Shown here piece after piece: positions 1-9,624 of a DNA stretch of 64,000 nt. Under the pieces are notes generated by a model, which did not search any database, was not told where the DNA came from, and saw nothing but the letters and a program-made list of their open reading frames with translations. How positions within the stretch are numbered: position 1 is the stretch's first letter; each line of letters starts with the position of its first letter. Position numbers and translations under genes: made by a program. The stretch comes from Tequatrovirus NIC06P2, in sequence record OZ035760.1. The stretch is one strand, 5' to 3'.

Positions 1-316
1 GTTTATTAGGAGCAACTACTGTACTCGGATCAGCTGCTGGCCAAAAAATTGTTGAACGAGCATCAGCAATTTTAATATTTCCATCTTCTGACTGGGAAAT
101 TTCTGCATCATCATTAACTAGAGACAGAATACCGAGAAAACCGTTCAAATCGTAAATTGCTACATCAAAATCAATAACGTCAGAAATATTTGCTTCCGCA
201 TAAGTTGTACCATTAACTGCGCGAGTCATAATAAATTGACCGGATTTAAGCATAATACCAGAGTTAATAGTAGCGAAATTTTTAAGCAGAGCAGTAGTAT
301 CTTTAGACAGTTTCAT
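1..316 (-). CDS. 45: Sliding clamp gp45, N-terminal part (gene continues past window start)
   Basis: Revcomp translates MKLSKDTTALLKNFATINSGIMLKSGQF...DLNGFLGILSLVNDDAEISQSEDGNIKIADARSTIFWPAADPSTVVAPN, matching T4 gp45 N-terminus from memory; SD AAGGAAAT upstream of ATG at 316. Confidence 0.85.
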   Translation of the reverse strand, partial: MKLSKDTTALLKNFATINSGIMLKSGQFIMTRAVNGTTYAEANISDVIDFDVAIYDLNGFLGILSLVNDDAEISQSEDGNIKIADARSTIFWPAADPSTVVAPNK

Positions 317-371
317 GTAATTTCCTTCAATTCAAATGAGATTTAATTTTATAACTAATTAAATAAAGCAA

Positions 372-761
372 TTAACGATTAAAATCAGCCGCAATTGTTT
401 CCGCAACAATTTGAGCAGCAACAATTAGACGTTCATCTGCATTACCGCAATAATCATCTTCAAGACGTTCACCGCATGAAGTCATAATAAATTTAGCACC
501 GGCGTTTAGGGATTCTGTAGTATGTTTGCGCATTAGTTCAATCCATTTATTACTTACTTCACGATCGATAGCTTCATAATACGCATGACGAGCAGGTGCA
601 GATTTAATTTTGTTCTGAATAACTTCCATTGCGTTATCAGAAAGAGACAAAACCCATGCTCGACGAATTTTATTTTGGTTTTGTGGATTTGATTCAGAAC
701 GCACATGTTTTGGCTGAATATCTTTTACATCAACAGTATAATTCACAGTAATTTTAGTCAT
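372..761 (-). CDS. rpbA: RNA polymerase-binding protein RpbA-like (129 aa)
   Basis: 129 aa ORF between gene 45 and gene 46, same size and position as T4 rpbA; assignment by synteny and length. Confidence 0.7.
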
Positions 762-770
762 AATACACCT

Positions 771-962
771 TTAGTCATAATAATCAGTAACAGTCCAAGC
801 TTCATTTCTATTGGACATTATTTTTGTATATTCTGCTTTAAATGCATTCCTAAGCATAGATTCAGTAACTATATGCTCTTCATTAGAAAAATTATTTCTC
901 AGAATATATCGTTTTATTTCAGGAATAGTTAATAGATGCTGTCCAGTTGAATATTCTGCCAC
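771..962 (-). CDS. Small hypothetical protein (T4 45.2 position)
   Basis: 63 aa ORF tightly packed after rpbA; synteny only. Confidence 0.5.
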   Translation of the reverse strand: MAEYSTGQHLLTIPEIKRYILRNNFSNEEHIVTESMLRNAFKAEYTKIMSNRNEAWTVTDYYD

Positions 963-972
963 AGTTCCTCCG

Positions 973-980
973 TATAAATA
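973..980 (+). promoter_or_regulatory. T4-type late promoter TATAAATA upstream of the HNH endonuclease gene
   Basis: Exact TATAAATA on plus strand about 34 nt before ATG at 1014. Confidence 0.5.
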
Positions 981-1013
981 TGTTTATCACTCGCTGTATC
1001 AAAAGGATATGTT

Positions 1014-1727
1014 ATGAATTATAAACTAATTTACGAAAAGTTAATCTCTAATGCTAAATCTCGAAAACTTGATTGCTATACTGAATCTCATCACATTATA
1101 CCACGCTGTTTAAATGGCAGCGATGATGCTTCAAACTTAGTAGATTTAACACCAGAAGAGCACTATGTAGCTCATCAACTTTTAGTAAAAATTTATCCTT
1201 CTGAACCAAAATTAGTCTATGCTGCTAACATGATGACAGTTTCCACAAAATACGCTAAACGCAACAATAAAACTTTCGGTTGGATTCGTCGTAAACTCTG
1301 GGAAATAGAAAAGAATAAAGAATTCTCCCAGGAGACACGAAAGAAAATGTCTGATGCAGTAGCTAATAAAGCAAGACTAACTTGTCCTCATTGCGGTAAG
1401 TCTGGATTAAGCGGGAATATGAATCGTTGGCATTTTGATAACTGCCCAAATCACCCTAATCCTAAAGTTAGACCACCAATGTCTAAAGAACACAGAAATA
1501 ATATCTCAAACGGGCTTAAAGCAATCGTTCTTGAAGAAACATCCTGCGAATTCTGCGGAATGATAGGCAAGAAATGCGTTATCGCAGCGCATAGAAATTT
1601 CTGCAAGAAAAATCCAAATGGACGCAAGAAAACTGAAAAGACTGGTACTTGCGTCCATTGTGGTAAAGTTACCACTTTCGGAAATTTATCAAGGTGGCAT
1701 AATGATAACTGTAAGCACAAACATTAA
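1014..1727 (+). CDS. Free-standing HNH homing endonuclease (Mob-like), antisense to neighbours
   Basis: 237 aa; HNH motif SHHIIPRCLNGSDDASNLVDLTPEEHYVAHQ; two repeated Cys modules CPHCGK...NRWHFDNC and CVHCGK...SRWHNDNC; only plus-strand gene in a minus-strand block. Confidence 0.8.
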   Translation: MNYKLIYEKLISNAKSRKLDCYTESHHIIPRCLNGSDDASNLVDLTPEEHYVAHQLLVKIYPSEPKLVYAANMMTVSTKYAKRNNKTFGWIRRKLWEIEKNKEFSQETRKKMSDAVANKARLTCPHCGKSGLSGNMNRWHFDNCPNHPNPKVRPPMSKEHRNNISNGLKAIVLEETSCEFCGMIGKKCVIAAHRNFCKKNPNGRKKTEKTGTCVHCGKVTTFGNLSRWHNDNCKHKH

Positions 1728-3412
1728 TTAATAGTGGCAACACTAAATCTACCAACTTTTTCCATTTTAATATGCTGTCCATAATCCTGCGGATCATGGT
1801 CTTTATGCGAAATTATGAAGAAGTTGGTATCCTTCAAACCATCTAAAATTTTAGCTACATTTTTAATGCCTTCAGCATCAAATGCACCGTCATACACTTC
1901 ATCAAGAAATAAACAACTTATTTTAACACCTGAAACTTTTTCAGCAATATCACGCCAAGTAAATAAAAGAGCAATATCAATTCGTGCTTTTTCACCTTGA
2001 CTGAATGAAGCATAACTAAAATCTTCGCGACCACGGGATTTAATTGTCTCATTAAATTCTTCATCTAATGTAAACACATAATCCGCTTCCATTATTTTAA
2101 GATAATGGTTAATCTGCTTATTAAATAATGGAATGTACTTTTTAATAATAGCACCTTTAATACCAGAATCTTTGAGCATATCAGTCAAAATTCCTCGGTG
2201 GTATTTTTCCATTACTAAATTAGTTTTTGTCTTAACAATTTTATCAAGTTCTTCTTGAAGCAGTGCTATTTCATCAGCATGGTCAATAAACTCAGAAGAT
2301 GCTTTTTCTATAGCCGCTTTAACCTTTTTAGCTTTATCTACTGCTGCGATCAGAGATTGCTTTTTATTGCGAATATCATTTGCCAACGACTGTTGGGTTT
2401 TAATATTATCTCGGTATTCATCAACAAGAACTTTTAAATTATCACGGTGTGTTGAAAGCTGTTCAAACGAATGCGTACATTCAGAAACTTTATCTTTAAT
2501 TTTAGAAACAACTTTATCACCGGAACTTAATTGTGACAAGCAGGTTGGACATAATCCACCTTCGTGATACATATTAATGACTTTATTATACGAGTCAATT
2601 TTTGATTTAATTAAAACTGCTTCTTGACCGATTTTATTAAATGCATCAGTCGGGTCTTCATCTAAAACAATATTAACTAATCTTTCATTAGCTTCTTCTA
2701 TTTCCGATTTTAGCATTCTAGCTTCTTTTGCCAAATCATCATACATATTTTGCAGACGAGTAAGGTTGTCACCCGTTAATTTTTTCTGGCGTTCAACGTT
2801 ATCATTATATATTTTAATTTGTTGGATAATACTATCTTTTTTAACATCAAGCACTTGGTTTTGTGAATTTAATTCACGTATTAGTGCTTTATTAAGCTTA
2901 TCCATTTCAGCTAATGTTCCTACCTCGAGCAGGTCTTCCACAAGCTTTCTTCGTGCAGGGGTCGACAAACCCATGAAAGGGGTATACCCTGCTGTACCAA
3001 GGACAACAATCTGCTTGAAACTGGCATATGACATTCCGATAAGCTGTTCAAATTCTGCTTGGAAATCTTTACTGCTGGCAGATTCATTAAGACGTGTACC
3101 GTTAACGGTGATTTCAAAAACGTTCGGTTTTTGTCCTCTTTTGATATAGTACTTTTTCTCATCATATTCCATCCACAGTTCAACTAAAAGTTCTTTCTTA
3201 TTTGTGCTGTTTATTAATTGACCTTTCTTTACATCACGGAATGGCTTGCCAAAAAGCCCAAATGTGATGGCTTCTAACATAGTAGACTTACCACCGCCAT
3301 TTCGTCCAGTAATAAGAGTTTTTTGAACCTTATCTAATTGAATGTCAATAGGATTTCCACCTACTGACATTATATTTTGATACCTAACTCGGTTTAGTTT
3401 AAAATTCTTCAC
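1724..3412 (-). CDS. 46: Recombination endonuclease subunit gp46 (SbcC/Rad50-like ATPase)
   Basis: 562 aa; N-terminal Walker A GRNGGGKST; C-terminal signature/Walker B region LSQGEKARIDIALLF...CLFLDEV; matches T4 gp46. Confidence 0.9.
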   Translation of the reverse strand: MKNFKLNRVRYQNIMSVGGNPIDIQLDKVQKTLITGRNGGGKSTMLEAITFGLFGKPFRDVKKGQLINSTNKKELLVELWMEYDEKKYYIKRGQKPNVFEITVNGTRLNESASSKDFQAEFEQLIGMSYASFKQIVVLGTAGYTPFMGLSTPARRKLVEDLLEVGTLAEMDKLNKALIRELNSQNQVLDVKKDSIIQQIKIYNDNVERQKKLTGDNLTRLQNMYDDLAKEARMLKSEIEEANERLVNIVLDEDPTDAFNKIGQEAVLIKSKIDSYNKVINMYHEGGLCPTCLSQLSSGDKVVSKIKDKVSECTHSFEQLSTHRDNLKVLVDEYRDNIKTQQSLANDIRNKKQSLIAAVDKAKKVKAAIEKASSEFIDHADEIALLQEELDKIVKTKTNLVMEKYHRGILTDMLKDSGIKGAIIKKYIPLFNKQINHYLKIMEADYVFTLDEEFNETIKSRGREDFSYASFSQGEKARIDIALLFTWRDIAEKVSGVKISCLFLDEVYDGAFDAEGIKNVAKILDGLKDTNFFIISHKDHDPQDYGQHIKMEKVGRFSVATIN

Positions 3413-3672
3413 AAAAGATTCCTTTTAATGTATCTTTTAGACCATTCTATCATATCATCATAATCTAAAAAGTATTCATCAAATTCAGCCATGCAAACAA
3501 CACCTTGTGCTGCTTTTGATGTGATATAAATTATTCCAACATATCTAGAATCTTCTTCGGTATAATCAATGTTTGCTATGAATTCATCGTTAATGTCAAA
3601 TGTCGAAAACTTCACAGTATGCATCCTTAATACAAGATACAGCCATATCTTGTAATGATTTAGGTGTGTCAT
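3409..3672 (-). CDS. Small hypothetical protein (46.1/46.2 position); start uncertain (internal Met at 3624 possible)
   Basis: ORF overlapping gp46 start by 4 nt; overlaps next ORF in another frame so the 5' end is uncertain. Confidence 0.4.
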   Translation of the reverse strand: MTHLNHYKIWLYLVLRMHTVKFSTFDINDEFIANIDYTEEDSRYVGIIYITSKAAQGVVCMAEFDEYFLDYDDMIEWSKRYIKRNLL

Positions 3673-3859
3673 TATCTAAAATGTTGAAGTTAAAAGATAC
3701 AGCCCAATCTGTGCAGACCGTAACCTTTTTAATACAATTATCTTCAACCTCTAGTGGTTCAAACCAGTATTCAATAATTTCTTTATGCCCAATATCATCT
3801 TTCACTTCGCATTCAAAATGCTGACTCATCATAACATTTTTAAATTCATCAAAAGTCAT
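3596..3859 (-). CDS. Small hypothetical protein (46.1/46.2 position)
   Basis: 87 aa ORF, start overlaps gp47 stop by 4 nt (coupling). Confidence 0.5.
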   Translation of the reverse strand: MTFDEFKNVMMSQHFECEVKDDIGHKEIIEYWFEPLEVEDNCIKKVTVCTDWAVSFNFNILDNDTPKSLQDMAVSCIKDAYCEVFDI

Positions 3860-4875
3860 TGTGTTGCCTCTACATATAGCTGATTTGCATATTGAATAAG
3901 TGCTTCACGGTCAGAATCAGTGATGTCTGGAATTGCATTAATGTATTCTTCCATCAACGTCTGAAGAGATTGAACTTCAACTTCTTCACTGTCATCTGAC
4001 TCGACAGAGTTATCAATTTTTGACACAACTCGTAATGAATGCACAACTTTTTCTAGTTCAGATTCGAACTTCGTTAGATTTTTGTCTACTTCAGTTACTA
4101 TAACACGTACTGATAGATTTGTAAAATCTTTATAGTCAATTTTTCCTTTAAATGGATAATGAATTCTACGATGCCAGGTAGTGTTGTTTGGAATAAATTC
4201 CATTTGTTCTGTTTCTGTATCAAACATCCAGAACCCACGAGGGTCATTCTCGTCACCTGCAGTTAGTGTCCATGGTGTCCCAATATATCTGACGTTAGCA
4301 GCCTCAGAGATAGTATGGAAGTGACCAGACCACACTTCTTTATAAGTCTTAAGGAAATCAGGTTCAAGACCATGAGATTTCATTCCTTTATAAAAATAAA
4401 ATCCGTTCAGTTCCCAGTGACCAACGCAAAAAGAAGCAGATGAAGTTTTGATGTGTTCAAGAATTTCACCAGTATTTTCTTCACACATCCAAGGAATTAA
4501 ATCAATTAAACATCCGTCAAAATCTACTGTAGTAGGCTTATCATATACTTTAACATTAGGATATTTAGCCAAAAGCTCAGTAGAGGCATTTGGATGCATT
4601 ACATTTTTGTAGTGAAGATCGTGATTTCCTACAATAGTATGTAATGTGATTCCAGCACCATCAAGCATTTGAACTATTTCACGGGCAAACTCCATAGTTT
4701 TATGCGTGATCGCTTTTCGCACATCAAAAATATCACCGTATTGAATCCAGGTAGTAATTCCATTTTTCTTAGAATATTCTATCGCTTGCTTAATTCCATC
4801 AATTTGAATACCGCGAATCCACTCATCATCAGCTTTAACGCCTAAATGCCAATCACCTAAATTTAAAATTTTCAT
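3856..4875 (-). CDS. 47: Recombination endonuclease subunit gp47 (SbcD/Mre11-like phosphoesterase)
   Basis: 339 aa; calcineurin-like motifs DWHLG, GDIFD, GNHD, GHWH; same length as T4 gp47. Confidence 0.9.
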   Translation of the reverse strand: MKILNLGDWHLGVKADDEWIRGIQIDGIKQAIEYSKKNGITTWIQYGDIFDVRKAITHKTMEFAREIVQMLDGAGITLHTIVGNHDLHYKNVMHPNASTELLAKYPNVKVYDKPTTVDFDGCLIDLIPWMCEENTGEILEHIKTSSASFCVGHWELNGFYFYKGMKSHGLEPDFLKTYKEVWSGHFHTISEAANVRYIGTPWTLTAGDENDPRGFWMFDTETEQMEFIPNNTTWHRRIHYPFKGKIDYKDFTNLSVRVIVTEVDKNLTKFESELEKVVHSLRVVSKIDNSVESDDSEEVEVQSLQTLMEEYINAIPDITDSDREALIQYANQLYVEATQ

Positions 4876-5033
4876 ATATCAAGAACCGTCATTGAAATGC
4901 AAAATAAAATTATTGAAATAAATCCATCTGGAGTGCTAAAGAACCCAATCCAACATGCTCTAGTGAATAGATAAAATGCAAGAAAAAGTATCACATATCC
5001 AAGAAATATCATTATATCAAACTCCGTATAAAG

Positions 5034-5054
5034 CTAAAGGGCCGAAGCCCTTTA
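5034..5054 (-). terminator. UUCG-tetraloop hairpin at 3' end of a-gt (terminator or RNA-stability hairpin)
   Basis: AAAGGGCCGAAGCCCTTT inverted repeat flanked by T-rich runs on both strands. Confidence 0.45.
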
Positions 5055-6254
5055 TTTTGTAATAATGTCAAACTGTTCTTTAAAGCAGAAGCTTGAATCT
5101 TGATGCTGATACAAAAATTCATATGCTTTTTCTCGCTCACGGTCATAAAGAGCTCGGTCAGATGACAGTTCTTTAATACGCTCGAATGTTGATTCCATGT
5201 CATTTTCATCAAACCAAACGATACCGCTATCATGCGAGGTCAAAGGAGTATTATCAACACGGAATTTTAAATTTTCTCCAGTAGATTTCCAAAATACCGG
5301 AATTGTTCCACATGCACCAAGCTCGAGGTGAGTATATTCTAAAGAGCGCTGTAGATATTTTTTATCCAACTTACTCAACTGATAACCAAATCCAGATTTA
5401 CTCATACGTTCAAGCATTTCGCTATTTACATAACGATCGAGAATTTGCGTTGGTAAATTAGGAGCAATTTTAATTTGGTCTACTTGATGAAGACGATAAT
5501 ACTCGTATGGAATTCCTTTTTCTTTAATAGGAATGAACGCTGGAGAACGTTCCAGACCTTCCATAATAGTACTTAGTCCTGCAGGTTTAAGATGTTTTTC
5601 GTGAAAATCAAACATCTGATAAAAACCTTTCCATGTAGTCGTACGACCAATCCAACGGTTGATATTCATGTTAATTTCAGAAACATCTTTCCAGTAGGTT
5701 GATCGAACCTTCGCAATATCCATAGGAGGCTGAAAGTTGTATACGGTCGGTGCTTCTTCAATATCATCAAACAGAGAAACTGTTTCTGGATACCATTCTT
5801 TCATCAGAACTTTATTAAAATCGCCATTATCAGAATGGCTAAAAATAACATCAGCTCGACGAACAGTTTCTTCTAATCCCAAATTTCGACGCAAAGAAAG
5901 AGAAGAATGGTCATGTTGATAAACTACAACACGAACCGAAGGTTTAATGTTATCAATAATTTTTTTATAGTTATTAATAGTGTCTTCTTCAACTGAAGTA
6001 GCAGGAACGGAATTGATAATTAGAATATCACAATCATTTACCAGCTTAAGTGTTTTATCGTATTCTTTTGCCAATAAAACCGGAATTGAAAATGATTTAT
6101 AATCATGCGCGCAATTACGGGTAAATGATTTATCTTTAGCATAAACCAAAGTTACTTCATGACCATTTTTAATAAACCAATCACGTTGCTCAAGAGAAAA
6201 TTTAGTTACGCCGCAACCTTCAAGACCTCGAGCCATAAAAATGCATACTTTCAT
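5052..6254 (-). CDS. a-gt: DNA alpha-glucosyltransferase
   Basis: 400 aa; MKVCIFMARGLEGCGVTKFSLEQRDWFIKNGHEVTLVYAKDKSF... near-identical to T4 alpha-glucosyltransferase as recalled. Confidence 0.9.
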   Translation of the reverse strand: MKVCIFMARGLEGCGVTKFSLEQRDWFIKNGHEVTLVYAKDKSFTRNCAHDYKSFSIPVLLAKEYDKTLKLVNDCDILIINSVPATSVEEDTINNYKKIIDNIKPSVRVVVYQHDHSSLSLRRNLGLEETVRRADVIFSHSDNGDFNKVLMKEWYPETVSLFDDIEEAPTVYNFQPPMDIAKVRSTYWKDVSEINMNINRWIGRTTTWKGFYQMFDFHEKHLKPAGLSTIMEGLERSPAFIPIKEKGIPYEYYRLHQVDQIKIAPNLPTQILDRYVNSEMLERMSKSGFGYQLSKLDKKYLQRSLEYTHLELGACGTIPVFWKSTGENLKFRVDNTPLTSHDSGIVWFDENDMESTFERIKELSSDRALYDREREKAYEFLYQHQDSSFCFKEQFDIITK

Positions 6255-6278
6255 TTAATATCCTCATTGTTTTGGTTT

Positions 6279-6302
6279 ATTTTACCAAAAATTTATAAAG
6301 CA
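6279..6302 (-). promoter_or_regulatory. Putative middle-type promoter (MotA-box-like TTGCTTTA plus TAAAAT) for a-gt
   Basis: Minus strand reads ATATTGCTTTATAAATTTTTGGTAAAATAAACC just upstream of a-gt start. Confidence 0.35.
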
Positions 6303-6305
6303 ATA

Positions 6306-6323
6306 TAGGAGCCGAAGCTCCTA
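6306..6323 (-). terminator. UUCG-tetraloop hairpin terminator
   Basis: TAGGAGCCGAAGCTCCTA; on minus strand followed by U-rich tract. Confidence 0.5.
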
Positions 6324-6497
6324 TCCGCATAATACACCATACAGAGGCTCATTAGAGCTTCTAAATTTTATGCGCTTATATTTTATAGTTCCTTCCGCTT
6401 TAGCTTTATCATGAGACTCTTTAAAGCGTCTCATCATTTCCTCTTTAGAGGAACGAATTTTATTATAATCTATTTCAGAAGTCTGGGTGTTCATCTT

Positions 6498-6704
6498 TCA
6501 CAGTTGCCACCATTTTTTGACTTGATAAGAATCAACCCACACTTTCATATTAGGGTCTGCTCTTACAATAGGAGGATTAACTTCTTTAATTGAACTATCA
6601 TGGTATTCTTTTTCAGAAATTTTCACACAAAGATGACCATTCAAAGATTCAGTAAATCCTGCATTAATTTTAAGACGCTTGAATTTTACGTGTGTAAGCA
6701 TCAA
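6498..6704 (-). CDS. Small hypothetical protein
   Basis: 68 aa ORF with SD GAGGAT 5 nt upstream of ATG; overlaps end of upstream ORF. Confidence 0.35.
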   Translation of the reverse strand: MMLTHVKFKRLKINAGFTESLNGHLCVKISEKEYHDSSIKEVNPPIVRADPNMKVWVDSYQVKKWWQL

Positions 6705-6987
6705 TCATATCCTCAATCTGCGATCTAGTAGTCTTCCAAAGAATACTGATGAGTTCATCGTTATATGGCTGTTTTAGAATATCCCGACTTTTCTTGATAG
6801 CATATTCGTATTGAGCAAAATTATTATTTTCAGCTGCGATCTGAGCGTGCTTATAAAGACGATTCAGTTCGCGTTTGTTTTTAGACAATAACTTATTTGC
6901 TTTTCTTTCTGCTTCAAGACGGTTCTTTTCTTCAATAGAAGAAATAAGCTTTTCCACTTCATCATTAATTTCGGGTTTATCAGTCAT
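6670..6987 (-). CDS. Hypothetical protein, charged helical (105 aa)
   Basis: ORF between gp55 and a-gt; coiled-coil-like composition. Confidence 0.5.
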   Translation of the reverse strand: MTDKPEINDEVEKLISSIEEKNRLEAERKANKLLSKNKRELNRLYKHAQIAAENNNFAQYEYAIKKSRDILKQPYNDELISILWKTTRSQIEDMIDAYTRKIQAS

Positions 6988-6988
6988 A

Positions 6989-7207
6989 TTATTTCTCTAA
7001 TATAAAATAAAAATCATCATCTGTTAAATGATACCGATAGTTTAATTCTACACCATTAGATTTAAAAGCGGTATCATACGGATTTTCTGGATCAATATCA
7101 ATGTCAAGAGCTAAAACTTCCCTGAGATACATTTTAAGTAAATAGGGAATAGCTTCAACTTCAGGTATTTCTTCCAAGAATCCGGAGAGGTTAATCGTTA
7201 GCCTCAT
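6989..7207 (-). CDS. Small hypothetical protein (72 aa)
   Basis: ORF overlapping gp55 3' end. Confidence 0.45.
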
Positions 7208-7748
7208 ATAAAAAATCCAAACTAGGAGAATCGTCTACAACACTTTTCTTTTCAGCCCCCGGTGTTCTATAGGTTGATTCTTCGTAATGCGTCATTTTAT
7301 CGTAGATGTCTTGAATAAAAGTTTCATCTACTAACGCAACCATATCGTCGTCACGACTGTCATAGACATTGTGAACGAAGTAACTATATTTCTTTGCAAC
7401 TTCCTTACGTTCTTTTTTAATACGTTGGACGAATGCATTAAAACAAGCTTGAGTTATATACGCATGTGGGTTTTTATATTTCGTTTCATCAAAATTGTGA
7501 AGCCCCTTAATAGAAGCTTCTATACCATCTGCAATCATTTCTTGTTTCCAAGACTGGGTGTATCCTGAAAAGTTGAAACGTTTAGATAAGCCTTCTGCAA
7601 TAAGCATAATGGCTAATCCGATAGTATCATTCTGACGAACTACTTTATTTGGGTCTTTATTATTTGCTAATTCTGTTTTCCAATCAATAATAGCTTGTAA
7701 AAGCTCTTTATTGTTTACGTAATTATATTTAGGCTTAGTTTCTGACAT
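7191..7748 (-). CDS. 55: Late-transcription sigma factor gp55
   Basis: [26 protein letters not shown]... matches T4 gp55 (185 aa from the MSETK Met). Confidence 0.9.
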
Positions 7749-7826
7749 TTTCACCTCTTAGCTCAATTCATAGATCTATTATATCATAATATTTGAAGAT
7801 CTATCTTAAAGCATAGAGGATATCAG

Positions 7827-8096
7827 TTATCTAAGTAAACAGTATGCTTGGAACACTTTCTCCATCATCTTTTTAAATTCATGAATATCTATATAATGAC
7901 TAGTTAAATCAGCATGATATAAAAAGTCTAAAAACTTTTCATGTGTGCTAACATATTCACTTTCATTTAATTCAGAAACATGACTTTCCCAATATCCAAC
8001 ACCAGTCTTATTTGGGAAAAATGAAATTTTCATGTATTGGTCAACATAGAAAATGCCATAATTTTCAATAGTAATAGAAATATTAATAAATTTCAT
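7827..8096 (-). CDS. Hypothetical protein (89 aa)
   Basis: ORF in minus-strand early block upstream of gene 55. Confidence 0.5.
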   Translation of the reverse strand: MKFINISITIENYGIFYVDQYMKISFFPNKTGVGYWESHVSELNESEYVSTHEKFLDFLYHADLTSHYIDIHEFKKMMEKVFQAYCLLR

Positions 8097-8308
8097 ACAT
8101 TCATCAACTTAGCCGCTTCAAGAGCTGCATCTAGTGAATCAAATTGGTCAACATATTCAATCAATTCGCCGTAATTAGCATATAACCACCATTGGCTAAA
8201 TTCATACTCAAGGATGAATCCATTTCCTTCAATTTGAGTTAAACCATTGCCATTTGTATTTACTTCATATCCAGCAAGACGCAAATCGTTAATAAGAGTT
8301 TCGTTCAT
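8093..8308 (-). CDS. Hypothetical protein (71 aa)
   Basis: ORF with 4-nt start/stop overlap to neighbour. Confidence 0.5.
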   Translation of the reverse strand: MNETLINDLRLAGYEVNTNGNGLTQIEGNGFILEYEFSQWWLYANYGELIEYVDQFDSLDAALEAAKLMNV

Positions 8309-8310
8309 AA

Positions 8311-8637
8311 TTATACCTTAGTAATTTTCAGGTCTGCAAATTTTTTCTTGCGTTGATTTTTCATGCGACGAATAGTTTTATCGGAAATTTCATGCTTTTG
8401 ATAAGCTTTAGATTCTACACCAAAAGCTTTAACATCAAATTCTGACAAGATATATTGAACCAACAATTCACGTACAGTGTTGCGTCCAATCTTCTGATCA
8501 TTCTGTTTCATCATTTGATGAAGCTCTTTTTCCCATTTATCCAAAATTTGAGGAGTTACAATATCGCCTTTTTCTAGCAAAGAAACTACTTTATCATATG
8601 CGTAAGAATTAATGACGTTTTTAATTTGAATAGTCAT
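8311..8637 (-). CDS. Hypothetical protein (108 aa), basic C-terminus
   Basis: ORF immediately downstream of a terminator hairpin. Confidence 0.5.
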   Translation of the reverse strand: MTIQIKNVINSYAYDKVVSLLEKGDIVTPQILDKWEKELHQMMKQNDQKIGRNTVRELLVQYILSEFDVKAFGVESKAYQKHEISDKTIRRMKNQRKKKFADLKITKV

Positions 8638-8670
8638 ACATTATCCTCAATTACGTTAAAATTTTGTTAT

Positions 8671-8690
8671 CCAAAAAGGGCCGAAGCCCT
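8671..8690 (-). terminator. UUCG-tetraloop rho-independent terminator
   Basis: AGGGCCGAAGCCCT; minus strand stem followed by UUUUUGG. Confidence 0.55.
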
Positions 8691-8890
8691 TAGCTAAACT
8701 TTTTGGCACCCTTCCAGCCTTCATACATCATTGCGGCTGATATTAATATTGCTCCTGAGCAACTTGAATATTTGTGATTCCAAAACCAGTTTAGAAAAAC
8801 TTCATCATCAATACCTTGGGCTATCATATTTTCAAAGAACTGACGACGAGCTTCGGCAATTCGCTGCGATAATTTAGATTCAGGATTCAT
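8690..8890 (-). CDS. Hypothetical protein (66 aa)
   Basis: ORF ending in the terminator hairpin. Confidence 0.45.
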   Translation of the reverse strand: MNPESKLSQRIAEARRQFFENMIAQGIDDEVFLNWFWNHKYSSCSGAILISAAMMYEGWKGAKKFS

Positions 8891-9106
8891 TTAAATTTCC
8901 CAATTACCGTTTTCATCAATAAATTTAATCCAGTCATTTACTGACCACTTAGTTGTATCGCCTTTTGGAGTAACATTTAAAGTATATAGCCCTTGCTTAA
9001 AAAGCATGCGTTTGATATTCATATTTTCCTCAGCTGTAACGATAACACTCGTTTGATTTACGTTTAGCAACTCGTTGAGAAGTATTATAATCAAAATCAT
9101 CGTCAA
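8891..9106 (-). CDS. Hypothetical protein (71 aa)
   Basis: ORF adjacent to previous with 1-nt spacing. Confidence 0.45.
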   Translation of the reverse strand: MTMILIIILLNELLNVNQTSVIVTAEENMNIKRMLFKQGLYTLNVTPKGDTTKWSVNDWIKFIDENGNWEI

Positions 9107-9323
9107 TGTAAACTGATTTTTTCAACTTTCTTACTTCACCACGTAATTGGCGATTTAGCTCATCTTTAACTTCTGAATCAATACCTTTCATTCTACGCCA
9201 TTTATCTGAGCGAAAAATGTTTTCAACCATATCTTTATGACTTACCCCATCAGGAGCTTTACGCTTTCCGAAATAGTCATAATCACGCACTTTTAAGTCT
9301 TTACGACGATACGTTTTACCCAT
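9030..9323 (-). CDS. Hypothetical basic protein (start set at MGKTYRR Met)
   Basis: ATG at 9323 overlaps the stop of the small upstream ORF (ATGGGTAA); longer track ORF would run into that ORF. Confidence 0.45.
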   Translation of the reverse strand: MGKTYRRKDLKVRDYDYFGKRKAPDGVSHKDMVENIFRSDKWRRMKGIDSEVKDELNRQLRGEVRKLKKSVYIDDDFDYNTSQRVAKRKSNECYRYS

Positions 9324-9492
9324 GGAGTTTAATTTCCTTAGCAACTGAACTAAATACAGCACGATCACAAACCATGCGTTTGTTCCATTTAATCACAGTA
9401 TAATGAACATCTAGATCATCGACTGCTGTAACAATAACGATATGTCCGTTAACACGATAGTACTGGTCAATTTTAATCTCTTTATCAACCAT
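9316..9492 (-). CDS. Small hypothetical protein (58 aa, MVDKEIKIDQYY...) not in the supplied ORF track
   Basis: Hand-translated; SD GAGGAA 6 nt upstream; sits directly downstream of an early-promoter-like motif. Confidence 0.4.
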   Translation of the reverse strand: MVDKEIKIDQYYRVNGHIVIVTAVDDLDVHYTVIKWNKRMVCDRAVFSSVAKEIKLHG

Positions 9493-9522
9493 ATCAATTC
9501 CTCAAAGGTAATTCATATGTTA

Positions 9523-9552
9523 ATAATACCACGGTTTGAACTTGTTGTAAAC
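9523..9552 (-). promoter_or_regulatory. T4 early-type promoter (GTTTAC, 18 nt spacer, TATTAT) with A/T-rich upstream element
   Basis: Minus strand: TTTTTCACAAAGTTGTTTACAACAAGTTCAAACCGTGGTATTATTAACAT. Confidence 0.45.
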
Positions 9553-9624
9553 AACTTTGTGAAAAATATTTTAGGGAATGATAAGAAAGGAACGATAGCT
9601 TAGAATGGTAATATACAGAATGTG

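Noticed and set aside
705-1017. Plus-strand ORFs 705-932 and 811-1017 overlapping rpbA and 45.2
   Set aside because: Antisense to well-supported minus-strand genes; low-complexity I/F/S-rich translation typical of an AT-rich antisense frame.
1451-1720. Minus-strand ORF inside the HNH endonuclease gene
   Set aside because: Fully contained antisense to a gene with clear HNH motifs.
1815-3183. Several ORFs (both strands) inside gp46
   Set aside because: Embedded in the gp46 coding region; gp46 has conserved ATPase motifs throughout.
5012-5233. ORF overlapping the 3' end of a-gt in another frame
   Set aside because: Overlaps conserved a-gt coding sequence and the terminator; no independent start signal.
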